Below are positions 57,843 to 64,000 of a stretch of DNA of 64,000 nucleotides, in pieces. The position numbers and the translations under genes are program-made. A model generated the notes under the pieces. It was not told the DNA's origin, did no database searches, and saw nothing but the letters and a program-made list of their open reading frames with translations. Origin of the DNA: Vampirovibrio sp. (GTDB taxonomy: Bacteria > Cyanobacteriota > Vampirovibrionia > Vampirovibrionales > JAJTHC01). Every line of letters begins with the position of its first letter. Position 1 is the first letter of the stretch. The stretch spans positions 608,635-672,634 of the forward strand of contig CP050876.1 in NCBI GenBank assembly GCA_050916035.1, written 5' to 3'.

Positions 57843-59600
57843 TTAGTCTGGCGCACTGAGCCATTGATTCAGGTTGATATCACGTGGACGAAGGGCAGGG
57901 CTTGCGTTTGAAGAAGGCTTCAGACTTTGATTAAGATCTTTTAAGGCGTCTTTTAATTTTTGCGCATTTTGTTGTTGTGTGCGCTCCAAGACTTGATGTT
58001 GTGCTTCTTGGGCTTGCATCAATTGTTGATTTAATTGTTGTTGATACTGTAAGTGGGTTTGCGTTTCTTCCGCATGCTGCCGTAATTGTTGAAGTTCACT
58101 AATCGCTGAATCTAAGGTTTCAGCCGTATTTTGGACTTTCCCACTACTGCCCATGAGCAGCATTAAGGCGACGGCCCCAATCACGGTAATGGCCATCCAA
58201 GGCAGCCATGTCATCACGCCTGCGGCGGCTTCAGGGCTTAAGCCGGGCATGAAAAAATTGGCGCTATTGACGGGGGCTTCAGGCAAGGGGTCTTCCCCTT
58301 CTAGCGGTTTAGGGTTTTCAAAATCCGTACGGGCCAAGCTCACGTGTTCAGGGTCTACTCGTGGACTAGCCGCACGAGCCACCAAGACTTGTAAATCTTC
58401 AGGAGGAATATTGGGATAAAATTCATCGTCAATGGTCACCGCAATGGACACGGCTTCTACCATGCCAGGGACACTGGTTTCTACCCATTGGGTATGGCCG
58501 TTTTGATAACTCACTTCCGTGCCTTCACGGACGTAGCCATCTTCTTCCTGACTTTGCGTCATTTGGCCAAGCCCTTCGACCGCTTGGCCAATGGCGACTT
58601 TACTGTCGAGTTCAGGGGGTAAAAAGCCTGAAACGGCTCCTCCTGATTTCATCCCTGAAGTCCCTGAATGACTGGCACCGCCTAAACTTTCTTGAAAGCG
58701 TTGTTTAGAGGCCACAACAGACTTACTGGGGTCATAATTTTGGACCATGGTTTCTTTGGGGGATTCTCTCAAAAAGGTTGAAACCGTCACCACATAATGG
58801 CCTTCTCCAATGAGTTTGTCTAATTGCGCTGAAATTTTTTGCTTCATATAAAAATCTTGATCGGCGGCCTTGTCTTGCAGTTCTAAGGCGGAGTCTAGCA
58901 CACTATTATAGGTATTGCCATTGGTGTCTGAAAGGGCCACATGCTTGGCTTCAAGTCCTTGTATCCCCCCTACCATCAGGTTAATAATGGCGCGGACCTT
59001 GTCGCGAGTGAGCCGTTCCCCTGGGGGCAAGGTCACTTGTACAGCGGCAGACGGGGGACGACGATCACTGGCAAACAGAGTGGGGTCGGGGACTGAAATT
59101 TTGACATGGGCATCTTCTACAGGAGGCATTTTTCGGATGATGCGGGCCAAATCGCCTTCTTGTCCTCGAATCAGTTTGATTTGCTTTTCTTCACGGCTGG
59201 CCATCATATCGCTGTTATCAAAGGCTTCCATCCCGAGTTTTCCATCCATTAACCCCGATTGAGCCAAGGTTAAAAGGGCTTGATCCCGATCATTTAAGGT
59301 CGCATCTTCCGCAAACATCAAGGAGACCTTCCCCCCTGTACCTGCTAAGGTATCGAGCCGAATATCCTGCCGAGAGAGTAAGGCTCTAATTTCAACGGCT
59401 TTGCCTGCGGCAATATCGGTGGCCAAGGGCAGCTGTTCTTCGGTCAGCACTTTCGCGCCTTCATCCACTTTGACTTCTTTTCCATTGCCACTGCCTGCGA
59501 CGGCCACGACAATAATGAGCACGATGAGCAGGACGACCCCTCCAATGACGGCATAGAGCATTTTTTTATTGTCGAGCAATGCTTGTAACTGTGGGGGCAC
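57843..59600 (-). CDS. fliF: Flagellar MS-ring protein FliF-like (YscJ/FliF family)
   Basis: 585 aa; N-terminal TM (LYAVIGGVVLLIVLIIVVAV), a YscJ/FliF-type periplasmic domain, a second TM near residue 470 and a C-terminal coiled coil. Confidence 0.7.
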   Translation of the reverse strand: MPPQLQALLDNKKMLYAVIGGVVLLIVLIIVVAVAGSGNGKEVKVDEGAKVLTEEQLPLATDIAAGKAVEIRALLSRQDIRLDTLAGTGGKVSLMFAEDATLNDRDQALLTLAQSGLMDGKLGMEAFDNSDMMASREEKQIKLIRGQEGDLARIIRKMPPVEDAHVKISVPDPTLFASDRRPPSAAVQVTLPPGERLTRDKVRAIINLMVGGIQGLEAKHVALSDTNGNTYNSVLDSALELQDKAADQDFYMKQKISAQLDKLIGEGHYVVTVSTFLRESPKETMVQNYDPSKSVVASKQRFQESLGGASHSGTSGMKSGGAVSGFLPPELDSKVAIGQAVEGLGQMTQSQEEDGYVREGTEVSYQNGHTQWVETSVPGMVEAVSIAVTIDDEFYPNIPPEDLQVLVARAASPRVDPEHVSLARTDFENPKPLEGEDPLPEAPVNSANFFMPGLSPEAAAGVMTWLPWMAITVIGAVALMLLMGSSGKVQNTAETLDSAISELQQLRQHAEETQTHLQYQQQLNQQLMQAQEAQHQVLERTQQQNAQKLKDALKDLNQSLKPSSNASPALRPRDINLNQWLSAPD

Positions 59601-59820
59601 GTGCAGTAAGTTCCTGATTTTTTTTGATGAGCAGAAGATGTTTATTCTAGTTTAACAAGTTCTATATCGACGTTTCAGTAATCTTGAAGGGCTTCCACCG
59701 TTTGACGGACGCGTGCAGGGGTTGATCAATTTTAGTCTTTTGTGGATTTTCTTTTAAAAAGGGTGGACTCCGTAGTATGATACTTCTAGTTTTCTTCTTT
59801 ATATTTGGAGTATTGAGTGC

Positions 59821-60819
59821 ATGCCTAGTTCGCGAATTGTTTTTATGGGGACGCCTTCTTTTTCAGTCCCTTGTCTAGACACCTTATGTCATAGCTCTGG
59901 TTTTGAGGTGGTGGCGGTGGTGACTCAGCCCGATCGCCCTGCAGGACGAGGCAAGCAATTCACGCCTTCCCCCGTGAAGGTCTTTGCCACAGAAAAAGGC
60001 ATTCCTGTCTTTACGCCTGAACGCTTGCGTCAGGATGAAGCGTTGATTGACGCCATCGCGGCTTTGGCCCCTGATTTCATCGTGACCATCGCCTTTGGTC
60101 AAATTCTTCCCACACGAGTCTTGGAAATTCCTAAAGGAGGGGTCGTCAATGTACATGCGTCTTTATTGCCCGCTTATCGAGGCGCCAACCCCATTCAATG
60201 GGCTATTTTAGACGGGCAATCTGAAACGGGACTCACCACCATGTTGAGCGATGAAGGCGTCGATACGGGCGCGATGCTTTTAAAACAGGTGCTGCCCATT
60301 GATGCGGAGGATACGACAGGGAGTTTATCTATTAAATTGGCCGAGGTCGCAGGGGGGCTTTTACTAGACACCTTGAACGCTTTAAAAGAAGGGCGACTCA
60401 CCCCTGAACTTCAGGATGATACGTTGGCAACACAGGCACCAAAGCTTAAAAAGGAATCGCTTGCGGTGGATTGGTCTCGTTCGGCGCGTCAGGTCAAGCA
60501 GTATATTCAAGCCTTGACTCCTGCCCCTGGAGCGAAAGTCTATTTAAAACGAGGAGACACAACGGAAGACAGTCCCATTAAAATCGGCAAAATTTCCGTG
60601 CGGGAAGATTCTACAGAAGTTTACGAAACAACACAGGGCCTTGTCTTTGGTCAAATAGTGGCGTTAGATCACGCAGGTATTCACGTCCAAACGGGCGATG
60701 GCCACTTGTGTATTGAAACCCTCCAACCGGCGGGAAAAGGTATGATGAAGGCTTCCGATTGGGGACGGAATCGCTTGTCTTTGACGGGAGATTCTACAGA
60801 ACGCGTGTGTTTTGTTTAA
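59821..60819 (+). CDS. fmt: Methionyl-tRNA formyltransferase
   Basis: RIVFMGTPSFSVP N-terminus, NVHASLLPAYRGANPI formyltransferase motif and a C-terminal domain. Confidence 0.9.
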   Translation: MPSSRIVFMGTPSFSVPCLDTLCHSSGFEVVAVVTQPDRPAGRGKQFTPSPVKVFATEKGIPVFTPERLRQDEALIDAIAALAPDFIVTIAFGQILPTRVLEIPKGGVVNVHASLLPAYRGANPIQWAILDGQSETGLTTMLSDEGVDTGAMLLKQVLPIDAEDTTGSLSIKLAEVAGGLLLDTLNALKEGRLTPELQDDTLATQAPKLKKESLAVDWSRSARQVKQYIQALTPAPGAKVYLKRGDTTEDSPIKIGKISVREDSTEVYETTQGLVFGQIVALDHAGIHVQTGDGHLCIETLQPAGKGMMKASDWGRNRLSLTGDSTERVCFV

Positions 60820-60874
60820 ATATTTGCTAGAATACTTATATTGATGAATCTTGAGGGGGAGGCGAGAAAATCGT

Positions 60875-62152
60875 ATGATGATGATGTCACAACATCCGAT
60901 GAAAGAATTTTATAATGACACGTTTTATATGGCGCAACAACAGTTGGATGCAGTAGCGGAATCCATGAATTTGGATGCGGGGATTCATGAACGCTTGCGC
61001 TTTCCTCGTAAATCATTGATTGTGTCCGTCCCCATTAAGCTGGATAACGGCAGTACTAAATTGTTTATGGGCTACCGTGTTCAGCATGATCAGACGCTTG
61101 GGCCATCCAAGGGGGGGGTTCGCTTTCACCATGACGTACAGCTTGGGGAAGTGGCGGCCTTGGCCATGTGGATGACGTGGAAATGTTCCTTGTTGAATTT
61201 GCCCTACGGTGGCGCCAAAGGCGGGATTTGTTGCTTCCCTGAAGAAATGAGCGAAAATGAACTCGAACGCTTAACACGGCGATATACGACGGAAATTTTA
61301 TCCATGATTGGCCCTGAAAAAGATATTCCCGCGCCAGACATGTATACCAATGAAAAAATTATGGCGTGGATGATGGATACCTATTCCAACTTTATTGGGT
61401 ATGCCGTCCCTGGCGTGGTGACAGGTAAACCGGTTAGTGTAGGGGGAACTTTGGGACGTGTGGAAGCCACAGGTCGTGGGGTGGCCTTGACGGTTGATTT
61501 GGCCGTTCAGCGTTTGGGGATTAAGGCTGAGCATCCGACCGTTGCGGTTCAAGGGTTTGGGAATGTGGGAAGTATTACCGCAAAATTTTTACACCAAAAA
61601 GGCTATAAAATTGTCGCTATTACGGATGTTAAAGGCGGTATCTACGACCCTTCGGGCATTGATGTGCCGAAGCTTCAAGCCTACGTGCGAGAACAGGGTT
61701 CTGTGGAGGGGTATCAACCGGGGGAGTCGCTGGATTTAAAGGCGATCTTTGAGTTGGAGGTGGATGTCTTGGTGCCTGCGGCCGTGGCCAATTGTATTAC
61801 GGCAGAAAATGCAGATCGGGTGCGCGCGAAGATTGTGGCGGAAGGGGCCAATGGTCCTGTCACAACGGAGGCTGACCATATTTTGGATGAAAAAGGCATT
61901 TATGTGATTCCTGGTATTTTAGCCAATGCAGGGGGTGTGGTGGTGTCTTACTTTGAATGGGTACAAGACATTCAACACCTGTTTTGGACCGAAGGCGAAG
62001 TCACCGATAAATTAACTTTTTTAATGACCAAAGCCTTTGACGAAGTGTTTCATACGGCGTTGGAAAAAAAGGTGTCGCCTCGAACCGCAGCCATGATGAT
62101 TGGTGTGGGCCGTGTCGCAGAAGCCAAGAAACTTCGGGGGCTTTATCCTTAG
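60875..62152 (+). CDS. Glutamate dehydrogenase (Glu/Leu/Phe/Val dehydrogenase family)
   Basis: GPSKGGVRFHHDV...PYGGAKGGI catalytic motifs. Confidence 0.85.
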   Translation: MMMMSQHPMKEFYNDTFYMAQQQLDAVAESMNLDAGIHERLRFPRKSLIVSVPIKLDNGSTKLFMGYRVQHDQTLGPSKGGVRFHHDVQLGEVAALAMWMTWKCSLLNLPYGGAKGGICCFPEEMSENELERLTRRYTTEILSMIGPEKDIPAPDMYTNEKIMAWMMDTYSNFIGYAVPGVVTGKPVSVGGTLGRVEATGRGVALTVDLAVQRLGIKAEHPTVAVQGFGNVGSITAKFLHQKGYKIVAITDVKGGIYDPSGIDVPKLQAYVREQGSVEGYQPGESLDLKAIFELEVDVLVPAAVANCITAENADRVRAKIVAEGANGPVTTEADHILDEKGIYVIPGILANAGGVVVSYFEWVQDIQHLFWTEGEVTDKLTFLMTKAFDEVFHTALEKKVSPRTAAMMIGVGRVAEAKKLRGLYP

Positions 62153-62213
62153 TCTTCATCGTCTTCCAAGGGCTGAGGTCTCAAAAATTTGAGTAAGGGC
62201 CTATAAAGAGGGC

Positions 62214-63566
62214 TTATAAAATTTCGTATAAATCCCCGAGCTGATAAAGAGATCCTGCCACGACGGTGAGGGGAGGATGGGGCTTTCGTGTGTCAGAGGC
62301 CTGCCCTTTCATCAGACGCTCTAGCATCCACCACGCCGTTTGCGGGTCACTGCTGGCCCAAATGGGTTGATGTGCTAAGGCAGGGAGCTTATTTCGTAAC
62401 TGTTGTCGTAACACTTGGGGGGCATGAAATAAGTGGGGATTTTCGTGACGGGGGCACGTGATGAGGATGGCTTGCGTGCGGTGGGCAAATTTTTCTAATA
62501 ATTTAATCAATAGGGAAATAGGTCTGTTTTGACGTAGGGCAAGCATCCAATATAAATGCTGAGTGGGGAAGGTTTCTGCCAAGCCTTGGGCGATGGCGTT
62601 GAAGCCATCTTCGTTATGCCCTCCATCTAGCAGTAAGTCCAGCGTAGGGCGATATTCAAAACGTCCCTTCCATGTACACTGGGCTAAAGCCTCGCGAAAG
62701 GCGGCCGTGTCACTGACGATTTGCTGGCGTTGTAAAACGCTTAAAATCCCTAAAACGGTCGCTAAGTTCTGGACTTGATACCCGCCTAAAAGCCCCAGTT
62801 CGATCCGTTCTCCACTGACCATATTACGGATCCGTTGGGTGTGCTTAGCCGTTAAGGCGGATTCAACCGTCAATACCTCGTGGGTGGTTTCAATAATGGA
62901 TTCCACATGCGTTTGCGTGGCGACTTGATGAATCACGTTGAGGGCGTCTTCAGGAATGGCGGGCCCGAGTACCAAGGGGGTTCCTGCACGTAAAATGCCC
63001 GCTTTTTCAAAGGCAATGGCTTCTAGGCTGTCCCCGAGACGATCCATGTGGTCGTAACCAATGCTGGTAATCACGGTTAAAATGGGTTGAGAGACCACAT
63101 TGCTGGCGTCTAAACGCCCCCCGAGTCCTGTTTCAAGCACGGTAATATCCACGTGTTCGGCTTTGAAGACGACAAAGGCCAAAATGACCATGAATTCAAA
63201 ATAAGTCGGCCATTCCGATGCTTCGTTTTGGAAGGGACCTAAGCATTGTGTTAAACGCGTCCATAAGCCATGGCCATAGCGGTTAAAGGCCTCTTCAGAA
63301 AGGGGTTCATTGTTCAGGCAAATGCGTTCACGCGGGTGAACGAGGTGCGGACTATGGATGCTTCCCACTTTTAAGCCTTGGCTGAGTAGCCCTGCGGTCG
63401 TCATATGGGTGACGCTTCCCTTGCCGTTGGTTCCCGCAATATGGATGGTGGGGGTGATTTCTTGCGGATAGCCCAAAAGTTCTAAAATATTTAAAACATT
63501 TTCAGTCCCCAAACGTAAGCGTTCAATGTTGAGGCGATTGAGTTGCTCTAGAAAAGAAATCGTCAC
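62214..63566 (-). CDS. folC: Bifunctional folylpolyglutamate synthase / dihydrofolate synthase (Mur ligase family)
   Basis: IHIAGTNGKGSV P-loop and Mur-ligase middle/C domains; about 450 aa. Confidence 0.8.
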   Translation of the reverse strand: MTISFLEQLNRLNIERLRLGTENVLNILELLGYPQEITPTIHIAGTNGKGSVTHMTTAGLLSQGLKVGSIHSPHLVHPRERICLNNEPLSEEAFNRYGHGLWTRLTQCLGPFQNEASEWPTYFEFMVILAFVVFKAEHVDITVLETGLGGRLDASNVVSQPILTVITSIGYDHMDRLGDSLEAIAFEKAGILRAGTPLVLGPAIPEDALNVIHQVATQTHVESIIETTHEVLTVESALTAKHTQRIRNMVSGERIELGLLGGYQVQNLATVLGILSVLQRQQIVSDTAAFREALAQCTWKGRFEYRPTLDLLLDGGHNEDGFNAIAQGLAETFPTQHLYWMLALRQNRPISLLIKLLEKFAHRTQAILITCPRHENPHLFHAPQVLRQQLRNKLPALAHQPIWASSDPQTAWWMLERLMKGQASDTRKPHPPLTVVAGSLYQLGDLYEIL

Positions 63567-63725
63567 GAGAGGCTCCTTTTATCATGGGGTTAGCCTCCTT
63601 AGTTTAAAGGAGACTTTTTGTTTTGGCACGCCCTTTTTTAAGTCTTTGACTTGAACTGTGATATACTGATTTCAACTCTACAGGCTTTGCGCTTCAATAA
63701 TAGACAGAGAAGAAATGGAAATATT

Positions 63726-64000
63726 ATGCTTGCCACGGATGCTTCTACAGATATGCAAAAAATAAAATTAATCTTGGTGGAAGATCACCAAATGACGCGT
63801 TTGGGACTTCGTTTGATGCTTGAGCAAGAACCCCATTATACCGTGATTGCTGAAGCTGAAACAGGGCAAGAGGCCTTGAAAGTGGTGAATCAATACCAAG
63901 GCAAATGTGATTTAATTTTGATGGATATTGGCTTGCCTGATATGGACGGCATTGAAGCCACACAGCAGATTAAGCTTCAGTTTCCGCAGGTACCTGTCAT
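63726..64000 (+). CDS. Response regulator receiver domain (NarL/LuxR-type likely), partial; continues past the window end
   Basis: IKLILVEDHQMTRLGLRLML...CDLILMDIGLPDMDGIE receiver motifs with a phospho-accepting Asp context. Confidence 0.7.
   Translation, partial: MLATDASTDMQKIKLILVEDHQMTRLGLRLMLEQEPHYTVIAEAETGQEALKVVNQYQGKCDLILMDIGLPDMDGIEATQQIKLQFPQVPV

Noticed and set aside
53447-59600. Interpretation as an injectisome (non-flagellar T3SS: SctV/SctL/SctJ)
   Set aside because: The ring protein is FliF-sized (585 aa, two TM segments) rather than a 250-aa SctJ lipoprotein. The gate protein aligns best with FlhA. No SctC secretin, SctN or needle genes are in the window.
1-64000. Assignment of the window to Chlamydiae (suggested by fliF/flhA without flagella, coiled-coil bilobed-hydrophobic proteins and the rpmF-plsX-fab order)
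   Set aside because: The EF-Tu signature blocks, the RRM glycine-rich protein and the tmRNA tag are closer to cyanobacterial types. ahcY, GH8, fur and the heptose kinase are atypical for Chlamydiae. GC at about 48% is higher than in known Chlamydiae. Left as unresolved rather than asserted.

Overview
64 kb window from a Gram-negative bacterium, GC about 48%, lineage not certain. EF-Tu is closest to cyanobacterial-type sequences ([34 protein letters not shown]). A glycine-rich RRM RNA-binding protein sits next to a one-piece tmRNA whose tag ends ...FGRKQLAA, which is also cyanobacteria-like. No photosynthesis genes are present, so a non-photosynthetic cyanobacteria-related or other host-associated lineage is possible. 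This lineage call is inference only.

The conserved core of the window is:
- a partial ahcY, then queD, a GH8 endoglucanase, a folB-like gene, fur, and tatA followed by a 1603-aa TamB-like protein;
- a DinG helicase flanked by TPR proteins;
- tuf followed directly by the ribosomal-protein run from rpsJ to rplR (18 genes). The run stops after rplR and is followed by an M16 peptidase and thrB instead of rpsE/secY;
- tRNA-Ser(CGA) and tRNA-Gln(TTG), then rpmF-plsX-fabH-fabD-fabG-acpP-fabF;
- a UvrA-family ATPase, a heptose-kinase-like PfkB protein, ssrA (tmRNA), murG, fmt, a glutamate dehydrogenase, folC and a partial response regulator.

The accessory or unusual content is:
- an IS5/IS427-like insertion sequence with a frameshifted transposase directly upstream of tuf;
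- a tRNA-flanked islet encoding a 674-aa protein with about 27 tandem 12-bp repeats (Thr-Thr-Gly-Ala/Thr units) and a C-terminal bilobed hydrophobic domain;
- a tandem pair of paralogous secreted proteins;
- several coiled-coil/glycine-zipper membrane proteins of unknown function, including a gene pair with Tyr/Pro-rich paralogous N-termini;
- a four-gene flagellar-type export operon (fliF, a divergent FliG-position gene, fliH, flhA) with no fliI or any rod, hook, filament or motor genes in the window, ending next to murG.

No rRNA genes or CRISPR arrays were seen.
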